DNA of 64,000 nucleotides from an uncultured Bacilli bacterium (lineage in GTDB: Bacteria > Bacillota_I > Bacilli_A > RF39 > UBA660), in NCBI GenBank assembly GCA_934155005.1, contig CAKPGR010000001.1, positions 18,054 to 82,053 of the forward strand. Reading direction: 5' to 3'. The notes beneath the pieces are model-generated. The model did no database searches. It had not been told where the DNA came from and worked only from the letters and a program-made list of their open reading frames with translations. A program made the position numbers and the translations under genes. The stretch's first letter is position 1. Every line of letters begins with the position of its first letter. This document shows, in pieces, positions 50,409 to 60,253 of this stretch.

Positions 50409-51007
50409 TGAAATATCCAAAAATTTTAAATGATTTAATAGAATGTTTTAAAAAATTACCTGGAATAGGTGAAAAAAATGCTGAAAGAATGGCTTTACAT
50501 ACGCTAGAAATGGATGATGAAATATTAGAATTATTTTCAGATTCACTTAAAAATGTTAAAACAAAAATTAAACGATGTAAAGAATGTAATAATTTTAGTG
50601 ATGATGATTTATGTGAAATATGTAAATCTAATTTAAGAAATAAAAAAATTATTTGTGTAGTAGAGGAAGCAAAGAATGTTATTCAATTTGAAAAAATTGG
50701 TACTTATAATGGATTGTATCATGTATTAGATGGATTAATTTCTCCACTAGATAATGTCAATCCAGAAGATATAAATATAGCCTCTTTACTTTCTAGAATA
50801 GAGAAAGAAAAAATTACAGAAGTAATATTAGCAATTAAACCTAGTGTTGAAGGAGAAACAACTTCATTATATATAACAAAAATATTAGAAAATAAAGATG
50901 TAAAAGTTACAAAAATTGCTCATGGTATTCCTATTGGTGTTGATATGGAATACATTGATTCATTAACCTTAGAGTTAGCACTTGAAGATCGTAAAGAAGT
51001 AGCATAA
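50408..51007 (+). CDS. recR: recombination protein RecR
   Basis: HhH LPGIGEKNAERMA, the Cys4 finger CKECNNFSDDDLCEIC and a Toprim domain. Confidence 0.95.
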   Translation: MKYPKILNDLIECFKKLPGIGEKNAERMALHTLEMDDEILELFSDSLKNVKTKIKRCKECNNFSDDDLCEICKSNLRNKKIICVVEEAKNVIQFEKIGTYNGLYHVLDGLISPLDNVNPEDINIASLLSRIEKEKITEVILAIKPSVEGETTSLYITKILENKDVKVTKIAHGIPIGVDMEYIDSLTLELALEDRKEVA

Positions 51008-51044
51008 TTTAATATATATGGAATAATATATATTGGTGAAAAAT

Positions 51045-51230
51045 ATGAAAAAAATAATAAAATTTCTTAAAAAAGTAGTTTTTAGTTGTTTTTTTCTTTA
51101 TAGTTATAATGTACTAGCAGTACCTTTAAATATTATAATTCCAATAAATATAATTAATATTTTAATATTAACTGTACTGGGTCTTCCATCTTTATTTTTT
51201 TTAATATTAATACATGTATTAGTATTTTAA
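51045..51230 (+). CDS. bofA: BofA-like pro-sigma-K processing inhibitor
   Basis: PLNIIIPINIINILILTVLGLPSLFFLILI parallels B. subtilis BofA (GIHVPINLVTTAISGILGIPGIAALVVI). Its position after recR matches Bacillus. Confidence 0.6.
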   Translation: MKKIIKFLKKVVFSCFFLYSYNVLAVPLNIIIPINIINILILTVLGLPSLFFLILIHVLVF

Positions 51231-51242
51231 AGGAGAATAAGT

Positions 51243-52157
51243 ATGTTAGATGAATTTATAAATGACCAACCAAAAACATATAAAATATTAACAAATCAAA
51301 TAAAAAATAATAAAGTATCACATGCTTATTTATTTGAAATTAATAATTATGAACAAGCATATAATCTTATTTATGCTTTTATAAAATCTCTCTTTTGTCC
51401 ACATAAATATTTAAACAATAAAAAATGTATTAACTGTCATCAATGTGAAAATATAGATAAAAAAATATATTCTGAAATAGAAGTAATAAATCCGGATGGG
51501 TTATGGATAAAGAAAGAGCAATTGCTTAATTTAAAAAAAGATTTTTCTAAAAAATCTTTTGTTGGAAATAAAAAATTATATGTTATAAATCAAGCAGAAT
51601 GTTTAAATTCATCAAGTGCTAATACAATTTTAAAATTTTTAGAAGAACCTGAGGAAGGAATATATGCTATTTTAATAACTCAAAATAGCCATAAGGTATT
51701 AGAAACCATTAAATCAAGGTGTCAAATTATTTCATTACAAAATAACTTTAAAAAAGAAAATAAAATATATTCTATGTTTAATAATAATATAACAAAAGAA
51801 GATTTATCTTGTATTGTAGAAGATGCATTTTCTTTTGTTGATATCTTAGAAAAATATAAACAAAATACCATTATATATACAAAAGAACTTGTTTTTGATA
51901 AATATAACAATTTAGATCAAATAAAAAATTTTTTAATAATAATGCAATTAATCTACAAAGATTTAATTAATTTAAAAATAGGTAAATTGCCAGAATATTT
52001 TGAAAAAGAAAAATTAAATGAAATTCAAATAGAAGATAATGTAGAAGTACTAATAAAAAAAATAAATGTAATAATAACACAAATAGAAAAAATAGATGTA
52101 AATGCTAATTTAAATTTAATAATAGATAAATTAATAATTGATATGGAAGTGAAATAA
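51243..52157 (+). CDS. holB: DNA polymerase III delta' subunit
   Basis: HAYLF, a Cys-rich zinc module, and SRCQ. It lies upstream of ricT, as in Bacillus. Confidence 0.85.
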   Translation: MLDEFINDQPKTYKILTNQIKNNKVSHAYLFEINNYEQAYNLIYAFIKSLFCPHKYLNNKKCINCHQCENIDKKIYSEIEVINPDGLWIKKEQLLNLKKDFSKKSFVGNKKLYVINQAECLNSSSANTILKFLEEPEEGIYAILITQNSHKVLETIKSRCQIISLQNNFKKENKIYSMFNNNITKEDLSCIVEDAFSFVDILEKYKQNTIIYTKELVFDKYNNLDQIKNFLIIMQLIYKDLINLKIGKLPEYFEKEKLNEIQIEDNVEVLIKKINVIITQIEKIDVNANLNLIIDKLIIDMEVK

Positions 52158-52940
52158 GTGAAAAAGATAGTTGGAATTTCGATTGATAATCAAGATATTG
52201 AATATTTTTTTACAAATAATATGGATGTTAAAAAAAATATTACTGTTGTTGTAAAAAAAGATGAATATGAAAGATTGGGTAAAGTAGTGACTGATATTCA
52301 TCCAATTGATGAAACAAAATTAAATTATCAATTAAATAGTATAATTAGAATTGCTAGTAAAAAAGATTATAGTAATTATATTAAAAACCAAACTAAATCA
52401 AAACAAGCCTTAAAAAAATGTAAAGATTTAGTAAGTAAATCTAATTTAGAAATGAGTATATTAGATGCATTTTATACATTAAATGGTGAACAATTAGTTT
52501 TTATTTTTTATTCAGAATCAAGAGTAGATTTTAGAGAATTAGCAAAACAACTTGCCAATATTTATAAAGTTAGAATTGAGCTTCATCAAATAGGTGTTAG
52601 AGATAAATCAAAAAAAGTTGGTGGTTATGGTTTATGTGGTCAAAAACTATGTTGTTCTAGATATATTAAAAATTTTTCATCAGTTTCAATATCAATGGCA
52701 AAAAATCAAAATTTATCATTAAGTCCTAATAAAATAAATGGTTTATGTGGAAGACTATTATGTTGTTTAAAATATGAAAATGATACATATACAGAATGTC
52801 GTAAAAAACTTCCTAAAGAAGGAGCTATTATAAATATAGATAATAAAAAAGGTAAAGTAATAGAAGTTAATATATTAAAAAATAAATATAAAGTAGAATT
52901 TGAAGATAAGGAAATTATAGAATACGATGGAAAAAATTAA
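52158..52940 (+). CDS. ricT: PSP1-domain protein RicT (YaaT)
   Basis: PSP1 C-terminal domain with the Cys cluster GGYGLCGQKLCCSRY ... GLCGRLLCCLKYE. GTG start. Confidence 0.88.
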   Translation: MKKIVGISIDNQDIEYFFTNNMDVKKNITVVVKKDEYERLGKVVTDIHPIDETKLNYQLNSIIRIASKKDYSNYIKNQTKSKQALKKCKDLVSKSNLEMSILDAFYTLNGEQLVFIFYSESRVDFRELAKQLANIYKVRIELHQIGVRDKSKKVGGYGLCGQKLCCSRYIKNFSSVSISMAKNQNLSLSPNKINGLCGRLLCCLKYENDTYTECRKKLPKEGAIINIDNKKGKVIEVNILKNKYKVEFEDKEIIEYDGKN

Positions 52941-53646
52941 TTATTTGTTTGGATATGATAATTTAAAAATTTATCAGCATGATGATATGTTTAAATTTTC
53001 AATAGATTCTATTTTACTTCCTAATTTTGTTACATTGTTAAATAAATCAAAAAAAATATTAGATATTGGTACGGGAAATGCTGTTATTCCATTAATACTA
53101 TCAACTAAAATTAATTGCCAAATTGATGGAGTAGAAATACAAAAAAAATCATTTTTATTGGCAAAAAAAACCGTTGAATTGAATAATTTAAATAAACAAA
53201 TAAACTTAATTAATGATGATATTAAAAATTATAGTAAAAAAATAGAAACGGATTTTTACGATACGATTACATGTAATCCACCATTTTTTAAAATATCAGA
53301 TACTTCAAAAAAAAATAAATTAGAAGAAAAATCCTTAGCTAGACATGAAATAAATTTAAATCTTGATGATATAATGAAAATAGCAAAAAAAATATTAAAA
53401 AATAATGGTAATATTGCTATTGTTCATAGAACTGAAAGATTAATAGATATTGTGGATACTATGAAAAAAAATAATATAGAACCAAAAAAAATTCAATTTG
53501 TTTATTCAAATAAGTCAAAACCTTCAAATATATTGTTAATTGAGGGAACAAAAAATGGTAAACCTGGTTGTAAAATTTTACCACCTCTTTATATTCATAA
53601 TGAAGATGGTAGTTATACTAACCAATTATATGAGTATATTAGATAA
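52927..53646 (+). CDS. tRNA1(Val) (adenine37-N6)-methyltransferase (YabB/TrmN6-like)
   Basis: DIGTGNAVIPL and the CNPPFF catalytic motif. Confidence 0.8.
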   Translation: MEKINYLFGYDNLKIYQHDDMFKFSIDSILLPNFVTLLNKSKKILDIGTGNAVIPLILSTKINCQIDGVEIQKKSFLLAKKTVELNNLNKQINLINDDIKNYSKKIETDFYDTITCNPPFFKISDTSKKNKLEEKSLARHEINLNLDDIMKIAKKILKNNGNIAIVHRTERLIDIVDTMKKNNIEPKKIQFVYSNKSKPSNILLIEGTKNGKPGCKILPPLYIHNEDGSYTNQLYEYIR

Positions 53647-53715
53647 CTTCAAATTTATGAAGTTTTTTGATATATTAAGAAAAATATTGTATAATTAATC
53701 AAGTGAGGTGATAAA

Positions 53716-54555
53716 ATGTCACAAAAAAGCTATAATAATACGCCGACTGTTTATTTAATACCAACTCCAATTGGTAATTTAGAAGATATAACGTTAAGAG
53801 CAATAAATATACTAAAACAGGTTGAAGTTATTTTTTGCGAAGATACTAGAGTAACTAGTCAACTATTAAAATATTTAAATATAAAGAAAAAATTAATATC
53901 AAGTCATAATTTTAATGAATCAACTAATGGTGATAAATTATTAAAATATTTAAAAGAAAAATATGATGTTGGAATTGTAACTGATAGAGGTACTCCAATA
54001 ATAAGTGATCCAGGTTATGAATTGGTTAAAGTGGCTATTGAAAATAATTATAATGTTGTAGGTCTTCCAGGCCCTACTGCTTTTGTTCCAGCACTTATAA
54101 CTTCAAATATAAACCCACAACCATTTTTATTTTATGGATTTTTAAATAATAAAGCTAGTAAAAGAGATAAAGAATTAGATCAATTAAAAAATGAGAAAGC
54201 TACAATTATTTTTTATGAAGCACCACATCGTATAGGAAATACTTTAAAAGCTATAAATAAAATTTTGGGAAATAGAAAAATCTCTATTTCCCGGGAAATT
54301 TCAAAAAAATTTGAAGAAATTTATAGAGGAAATATTATAGATATAATTGATGAAATAAAAGATGCTAAGGGTGAAATGGTCATAGTATTAGAAGGTAATA
54401 AAAGTATAAATACATATGATAATTTAAGTATTATAGAACATGTAAATTTATATATAAAAGAAGGTAATACTAGTAAAGAGGCCATAAAAAAAGTAGCAAA
54501 TGATCGTAAATTAAATAAGAATGAGGTATATAAAGAGTATCATAGAGGTGATTAA
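53716..54555 (+). CDS. rsmI: 16S rRNA (cytidine1402-2'-O)-methyltransferase RsmI
   Basis: LIPTPIGNLEDITLRA, CEDTR and the tetrapyrrole-methylase fold. Confidence 0.92.
   Translation: MSQKSYNNTPTVYLIPTPIGNLEDITLRAINILKQVEVIFCEDTRVTSQLLKYLNIKKKLISSHNFNESTNGDKLLKYLKEKYDVGIVTDRGTPIISDPGYELVKVAIENNYNVVGLPGPTAFVPALITSNINPQPFLFYGFLNNKASKRDKELDQLKNEKATIIFYEAPHRIGNTLKAINKILGNRKISISREISKKFEEIYRGNIIDIIDEIKDAKGEMVIVLEGNKSINTYDNLSIIEHVNLYIKEGNTSKEAIKKVANDRKLNKNEVYKEYHRGD
54286..54299. promoter_or_regulatory. perfect Noc-binding-site (NBS) palindrome ATTTCCCGGGAAAT inside rsmI
   Basis: An exact 14/14 match to the B. subtilis NBS consensus. The 12-mer variant ATTTTGGGAAAT lies 12 bp upstream at 54262-54273. 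Confidence 0.65.
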
Positions 54556-55110
54556 ATGAAATTAATAGTAGGTTTAGGAAATCCTGGAAAAGAATATGAA
54601 AAAACAAAACATAATATGGGTTTTATGGCAATAGATGAATTTGCAAAAAAAAATAATTTTAATGTAAATAAAGAAAAATTTGGTGGTTTATATACAATAG
54701 AAAAATTTAATGATGAAAAAATACTTCTATTAAAACCTCAAAAATATATCAATTTATCAGGAGAAGTAGTTATTCAATTTGTTAAATTTTATAAAATTAA
54801 TATAGATGATATTTTAATTATAAGTGATGATTTAGATATTAATATAGGTAAAATTAAAATAAAATATAAAGGAAGTAGTGGTGGCCACAACGGTCTAAAA
54901 AATATAGAACTTCATCTTCAAACAAAAGAATATAAAAGAATAAAAATAGGAATATCAAATAATAAAAAAATTGATACAAAAGATTATGTCCTAGGTAAAT
55001 TTAATGATAATGACGCTAAAATAATAAATGAAGTAATATCAAAAATGCCAGATGTGATTACTGATTATTTAACTTTATCATTTGACAACTTAATGAATAA
55101 GTATAACTAA
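54556..55110 (+). CDS. pth: peptidyl-tRNA hydrolase
   Basis: GLGNPG, HNMGF and GHNGLKNI. Confidence 0.95.
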   Translation: MKLIVGLGNPGKEYEKTKHNMGFMAIDEFAKKNNFNVNKEKFGGLYTIEKFNDEKILLLKPQKYINLSGEVVIQFVKFYKINIDDILIISDDLDINIGKIKIKYKGSSGGHNGLKNIELHLQTKEYKRIKIGISNNKKIDTKDYVLGKFNDNDAKIINEVISKMPDVITDYLTLSFDNLMNKYN

Positions 55111-55149
55111 TGATACTAAAAAGTATCTTTTTTCTAGTGGAGGGGTAAT

Positions 55150-58100
55150 ATGAATTTTTTTGATAATATATTTGATAATAGTAATTTTAAATATGTAACA
55201 GGTTTGAACAATGAAATGAAATCACTTTTTATATATAATAAATTTCTTAATAAAAAAACTTCAATATTAGTTGTATCAAGTACTTTATTTGAAGCAAATA
55301 TGATATATAAATCAATAAGTAATTATACAAATGATGTATTATTTTTTCCAATGGATAATTTTTTAACTAGCGAGGCATTAGCTAAATCACCAGAACTTCA
55401 AAATAATCGAGTTGAAACTCTAAATGAATTAATAAATAATAATAAAAAGATAATAATAACCAATTTAATGGGAGTTTTAAAATATTTACCACCTAAAAAT
55501 ATTTATTCAAATCATATTTTAAAAATTGATAGAAATAATGAATATAAAATAAATGAATTAGTTGAAAAATTATATTCTATGGGTTATGAAAGAAATGTTA
55601 TAGTAGAAAAAACAGGAGAAATTGCTGTTAGAGGATATGTATTAGATATTTTTCCTGTATCTAGTCAAAATCCTATTAGATTGGAATTTTGGGGTGATAA
55701 TTTAGAATCTATTAGAGAATTTAATGTTGAAAATCAGCTTAAAATAAAGGAATTAGAAAAAATAGAAATAGAACCAATTTCAGATGATATTTTTTCTGAC
55801 ACTAAAACAAATATTATTAATTATTTAGAAGATGATTTTATAACTATCTTTAATGAATATGGTCAAATTAAAGAATCTTATAAGCAATTACAGTTGGAAA
55901 TATTAGAATATCAAAATGATCAAAACCAAATTAAAAAATATATGTTTAATTTAGATGAAATAAATTTTAAAAATGAAATATATGTTTCTAATTTTGATAA
56001 TTATAATAGTGTATCAAATACAATAAATTATAAAACTTATGATATAGAACCATTTTCTTCAAATCTAATAAGTTTAAATAACAAATTAAATGATTATATT
56101 GAAAACAAAAATACAGTTATAATTTGTTTAATTAATAAATATCAAATTAATAAAATAATGGATAATATTAAAAATGATAATTTTGTTATAACTAATGAAA
56201 AAGAGATATTTGAAAATAAAATAAATTTAATAATAAAATCAATTGAAAATGGTTTTATTATTAATAAATATGTTGTAATAAATGATTCGGAAATATTTAA
56301 TCATAAAATTAATAAAAATAAATATAAAAATAATTTTAAATATGGAATTAAAATTAGAAATATAGATAAATTAAAAATAGGTGATTATGTAGTTCATAAT
56401 ATTCATGGTATTGGGAAATATTTAGGAATTAAGACATTAGAAAAAAATAAGTTAAAAAAAGATTATCTTATTATTGAATATCGCGATAAAGATAAATTAT
56501 ATATTCCAGTTGAGAAAATAGAATTGATTTCAAAGTATTCAGCAAATGATGATATAAAACCTAAATTAAATAAATTAGGAAGTACAGAATGGATTAAAAC
56601 CAAGAAAAAAGTTAGAGATAAATTAGAAAATATTGCAGGTGAATTGTTAAAATTATATGCTAAAAGAGAAGCAAGTGAAGGTTTTAGTTTTAAAAAAGAT
56701 GATGAATTACAGTATCAATTTGAAAAAGAATTTACTTATGAAGAAACATTAGATCAATTAAAAGTAATAGATGAAATAAAGAATGATATGGAATCAAATC
56801 ATCCTATGGATCGATTACTTTGTGGTGATGTAGGTTATGGTAAAACAGAAGTAGCGTTTCGTGCTATGTTTAAAGCTGTATTATCAAAAAAACAAGTTGC
56901 TTATTTATGTCCAACTACTATTTTATCAAATCAACATTATAACAATGCAATTGCAAGATTTAAGTCTTTTCCGATAGAAATAGCTTGTTTAAATCGTTTT
57001 GTCTCTCAAAAAAAAGTTAAAGAAATATTAAAAGGATTAAAGAATGGTAAAATAGATATTGTAATAGGTACACATAGACTTTTGAGCGATGATGTTATTT
57101 TTAAAGATCTTGGTTTATTAGTAATAGATGAAGAACAAAGATTTGGTGTTAAACATAAGGAAAAAATAAAACAAATACGAAATAATATAGATGTTTTATC
57201 TTTATCAGCAACACCAATACCTAGGACTTTACAAATGTCAATGGTAGGAATTAAAAATTTATCTTTAATAGAAACAGCTCCAATAAATAGATATCCAGTT
57301 CAAACTTATGTATTAGAAGAAAATAATACAATCTTAAAAGATGCTATCTATAAAGAGTTGTCAAGGGATGGTCAGGTATTTATTTTATATAATCATGTTG
57401 ATTCAATTGAAGAAAAGGCAAATGAAATAGCTAATATGATTAAAGATGCTAGAGTTACATTTGTTCATGGACAAATGAATAAAATAGAACTTGAAAATAT
57501 AATAAATGATTTTATAAATAAAGAATATGATATTTTACTTTGTACTACTATTATTGAAACAGGAATAGATATTCCTAATGTAAATACTTTAATTCTTATG
57601 GATGCTGATAGATTCGGTTTATCTCAACTATATCAAATTAGGGGAAGAGTAGGTAGAGGCAATGTTATAGCTTATTGTTATTTAATGTATAAAAAAGGTA
57701 AGGTGTTATCTGAAATAGCTGAAAAAAGGTTAAAAGCTATAAAAGAATTTACAAAACTTGGTAGTGGTTTTTCTATAGCAATGAGAGATTTATCTATAAG
57801 AGGAGCCGGGGATATTTTAGGTAGTGAACAGGCAGGATTTATAGATTCAATTGGTATAGACTTATATTTAAAAATGTTAAATGAAGAAGTAGAAAAATTA
57901 AAAGGAAATAAAGTAATAGAAGAAGAACAAGATGAAAAACCATTAATTGATGTATCAACTACAATAAGTGATGATTATGTAACAGAAGAGGAATTAAAGA
58001 TAGAAATTCATAAAATGATAAATGATATAACTGATGAAAATAAATTTAATAAAATAAAAAATGAATTGGAAGATAGATTTGGTAATATAAATGAAAATAT

Positions 58101-58404
58101 TAAAATTTATATGTATGAACAATTATTTGAAAATCAAGCTAAAAATTTTGAAATAGAAAAAATTAGGCAAACAAATAATTTTATTGAAATAACACTATCA
58201 GAAAATTATTCAAATAAACTAAATGGCGAACAATTATTTATGGAATTGACTGAATTAACTAGAATGTATAGACTAAAATTTCAATTTAAAAAATTGATAA
58301 TAACATTGGATATTGTAAAATTAGACAAACATTATATTTTTTATTTATTAGATTTGTTAAAAATATTAAAAAAATGCGAAAAAGAAAAAAATAGTGAAAC
58401 ATAA
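55150..58404 (+). CDS. mfd: transcription-repair coupling factor Mfd
   Basis: UvrB-homology N-terminus, RNAP-interaction domain (VVHNIHGIGKY), SF2 motor (GDVGYGKTEVA, DEEQRFGV) and the TRG motif. Confidence 0.95.
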   Translation: MNFFDNIFDNSNFKYVTGLNNEMKSLFIYNKFLNKKTSILVVSSTLFEANMIYKSISNYTNDVLFFPMDNFLTSEALAKSPELQNNRVETLNELINNNKKIIITNLMGVLKYLPPKNIYSNHILKIDRNNEYKINELVEKLYSMGYERNVIVEKTGEIAVRGYVLDIFPVSSQNPIRLEFWGDNLESIREFNVENQLKIKELEKIEIEPISDDIFSDTKTNIINYLEDDFITIFNEYGQIKESYKQLQLEILEYQNDQNQIKKYMFNLDEINFKNEIYVSNFDNYNSVSNTINYKTYDIEPFSSNLISLNNKLNDYIENKNTVIICLINKYQINKIMDNIKNDNFVITNEKEIFENKINLIIKSIENGFIINKYVVINDSEIFNHKINKNKYKNNFKYGIKIRNIDKLKIGDYVVHNIHGIGKYLGIKTLEKNKLKKDYLIIEYRDKDKLYIPVEKIELISKYSANDDIKPKLNKLGSTEWIKTKKKVRDKLENIAGELLKLYAKREASEGFSFKKDDELQYQFEKEFTYEETLDQLKVIDEIKNDMESNHPMDRLLCGDVGYGKTEVAFRAMFKAVLSKKQVAYLCPTTILSNQHYNNAIARFKSFPIEIACLNRFVSQKKVKEILKGLKNGKIDIVIGTHRLLSDDVIFKDLGLLVIDEEQRFGVKHKEKIKQIRNNIDVLSLSATPIPRTLQMSMVGIKNLSLIETAPINRYPVQTYVLEENNTILKDAIYKELSRDGQVFILYNHVDSIEEKANEIANMIKDARVTFVHGQMNKIELENIINDFINKEYDILLCTTIIETGIDIPNVNTLILMDADRFGLSQLYQIRGRVGRGNVIAYCYLMYKKGKVLSEIAEKRLKAIKEFTKLGSGFSIAMRDLSIRGAGDILGSEQAGFIDSIGIDLYLKMLNEEVEKLKGNKVIEEEQDEKPLIDVSTTISDDYVTEEELKIEIHKMINDITDENKFNKIKNELEDRFGNINENIKIYMYEQLFENQAKNFEIEKIRQTNNFIEITLSENYSNKLNGEQLFMELTELTRMYRLKFQFKKLIITLDIVKLDKHYIFYLLDLLKILKKCEKEKNSET

Positions 58405-58439
58405 TATGTTATAATATATTAAAATAAGGGGCTGATAAA

Positions 58440-60194
58440 ATGTTTGGAAGAGTTTTAAAAATAGAATCAAAAGAAGTTTTTGTTGAAAATACAACAAAAC
58501 AAATTCAATCTAACTTAATAGGTTATCATGTTGTTTTTGATGGTCAAACAAGGTTGATAGGTGAAATAATTTATGTAGATGTTAATTATTTTCAAATAAG
58601 ATTAATAGGTGAAATATATCAAAATAAGTTGTTACCTGGATTTAATAAATTTCCAACTATTAATTCTATCTGTCGTATTATCACAAAACCAGAATTAGAA
58701 CTAATATTGGGAAATCAAGATATTCAAAATCAAGATAATTTATTAATTGGTAAATCAAGTGTTTATGATAACTTTAATGTTACAGTAAATGTAAATGATT
58801 TTTTTTCCAATCATTTTTCTATAATTGGTAATACAGGTTCAGGAAAATCATGTGGAGTAGCTAGATTAATTCAAAATTTATTTTCAAATAATAAAAAAAT
58901 GCCAGAAAATAGTCATTTTATTATATTTGATGCATATGGTGAATATAAAAGTGCTCTTCAAAAAATTAACCAATCACAAAATATAAATATAGTTAATTAT
59001 ACAACATCAACAGCTTCTATATCTGATTCTAACTTACTTACTATTCCGATTTATTTTTTAGAGGTAGATGATTTAGCAATTCTTTTGAATATAAATGATT
59101 CAAGTTTACTACCTGTTTTAGAAAAGACACTTAGATATGTATATATTTTCAATGGAAATGATGAAATGTGTAAAAAATACAAAAATGACATTTTGGCTAA
59201 GAGTTTAATAGAATTATTAAGTAGTGGAAGAACTTCACAACAAGTTAGAGATCAAATTATAGCTGTTTTATCAGACTATAATACTGATGAAATAAACTTG
59301 AATACAACAATATATCAACCTGGTTATGAGAGAACATTAAAACAATGTCTAAATATAGATGCACAAGGTAAAATGCCGGCAATTGATTTAGTAATTGAGT
59401 TTTTAAAGAAATTTTCAGAATTAAATGTTGATCAAATAGAGGTTAAACCTATCAAGTATAATTTAGATGATTTATACTATGCATTAGAATTTGCTTTAAT
59501 AAGTGAGGGAACTTTAAATAATAGTGTGGCATATGAAAAATTGAGTCAATTAAAAATAAGACTTCATGCTATTATTAATAGTGATCGTAAAAAATATTTT
59601 GAAACAAATGAATTTCAAACAAAAGATGAATATATAAAAGGTTTATTTTCTATTGGAACTGGAAATGCTGCTCAAATTGTAAATGTTAATTTTAATTATA
59701 TAGATGATAGATTTGCTAAATCAATGGTAAAGATTTTATGTAAACTATTATATAATTATTCCACAACTTTACAAAATCGTGGTAGTTTTCCAATTAATAT
59801 TTTAATAGAAGAAGCTCATAGATATGTAAATAAAGATAGTGATATAGAAATTATTGGTTATAATATATTTGAGCGAATTGCTAAGGAAGGAAGAAAATAT
59901 GGAGTTTTGCTTGGATTAATTACTCAAAGAATAAGTGAGTTATCTCCAATGATATTAAGTCAGTGTTCTAATTTTATAATTTTTAGAATTTATTATCCTG
60001 ATGATATAAAGATGATAGAGTCAATGGTTCCAAATATAACTAAGGATTTAATTAATAGAGTTAAAACATTGTATCCAGGATCAGCTTTATTATTTGGTAA
60101 TGCTTTCAAAATCCCATTAATTGTTAATTTAGAAATTCCAGATCCAATGCCTACAAGTACTAATGTTAATTTGGCTAACATATGGTATAAATAA
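58440..60194 (+). CDS. HerA-like / DUF87 P-loop ATPase (HAS-barrel plus FtsK-HerA-type ATPase)
   Basis: Walker A GNTGSGKS, Walker B with LIEEAHRYV, and AKEGRKYGVLLGLITQR (HerA-type arginine-finger region). The N-terminal beta-barrel-like domain covers about 110 aa. Confidence 0.7.
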   Translation: MFGRVLKIESKEVFVENTTKQIQSNLIGYHVVFDGQTRLIGEIIYVDVNYFQIRLIGEIYQNKLLPGFNKFPTINSICRIITKPELELILGNQDIQNQDNLLIGKSSVYDNFNVTVNVNDFFSNHFSIIGNTGSGKSCGVARLIQNLFSNNKKMPENSHFIIFDAYGEYKSALQKINQSQNINIVNYTTSTASISDSNLLTIPIYFLEVDDLAILLNINDSSLLPVLEKTLRYVYIFNGNDEMCKKYKNDILAKSLIELLSSGRTSQQVRDQIIAVLSDYNTDEINLNTTIYQPGYERTLKQCLNIDAQGKMPAIDLVIEFLKKFSELNVDQIEVKPIKYNLDDLYYALEFALISEGTLNNSVAYEKLSQLKIRLHAIINSDRKKYFETNEFQTKDEYIKGLFSIGTGNAAQIVNVNFNYIDDRFAKSMVKILCKLLYNYSTTLQNRGSFPINILIEEAHRYVNKDSDIEIIGYNIFERIAKEGRKYGVLLGLITQRISELSPMILSQCSNFIIFRIYYPDDIKMIESMVPNITKDLINRVKTLYPGSALLFGNAFKIPLIVNLEIPDPMPTSTNVNLANIWYK

Positions 60195-60217
60195 TGCTGT
60201 TATCAGCATTTTTTTTT
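60193..60217 (+). terminator. terminator after the HerA-like gene
   Basis: AATGCTG-TTAT-CAGCATT followed by T7-8. Confidence 0.7.
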
Positions 60218-60239
60218 AAACATTAACTAAATTTTAAAT

Positions 60240-60253
60240 ATTTCCCGGAAAAT
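60240..60253. promoter_or_regulatory. near-consensus NBS (ATTTCCCGGAAAAT, 13/14) upstream of the noc-like gene
   Basis: It lies 62 bp upstream of ATG 60316. The second element ATTTCCCAAAAT is at 60263-60274. Confidence 0.5.

Noticed and set aside
58390-58401. I looked at a half parS (AGTGAAACAT) at the end of mfd.
   Set aside because: Only one half-site matches and the left half is unrelated. Eight-mers of this composition are expected by chance in 64 kb.
3198-60181. I checked the many 60-130-aa ORFs in the track that lie antisense to, or nested within, long well-supported genes. They are 3198-3407, 4078-4287, 5749-6012, 6918-7253, 7467-7700, 7970-8314, 9551-9736, 13325-13639, 13729-13935, 14042-14236, 18233-18436, 20011-20217 and 20260-20496. 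The rest are 23251-23499, 24152-24544, 26296-26487, 30725-31018, 31421-31825, 35585-35980, 39476-39697, 48193-48468, 49954-50214, 51722-51910 and 59993-60181.
   Set aside because: Their composition is low-complexity and F/L/I/S-rich, as expected from reading AT-rich coding DNA on the wrong strand. They have no RBS or motif support, and each is fully overlapped by a gene with clear family motifs.
58440-60194. I considered whether the HerA-like ATPase belongs to a known Sir2-HerA, DUF4297-HerA or NurA-HerA module.
   Set aside because: No Sir2, DUF4297-like or NurA-like ORF lies on either side. The neighbours are mfd and the noc-like gene, with only 35 nt and 121 nt of spacer, so membership of a known defence module is unsupported.
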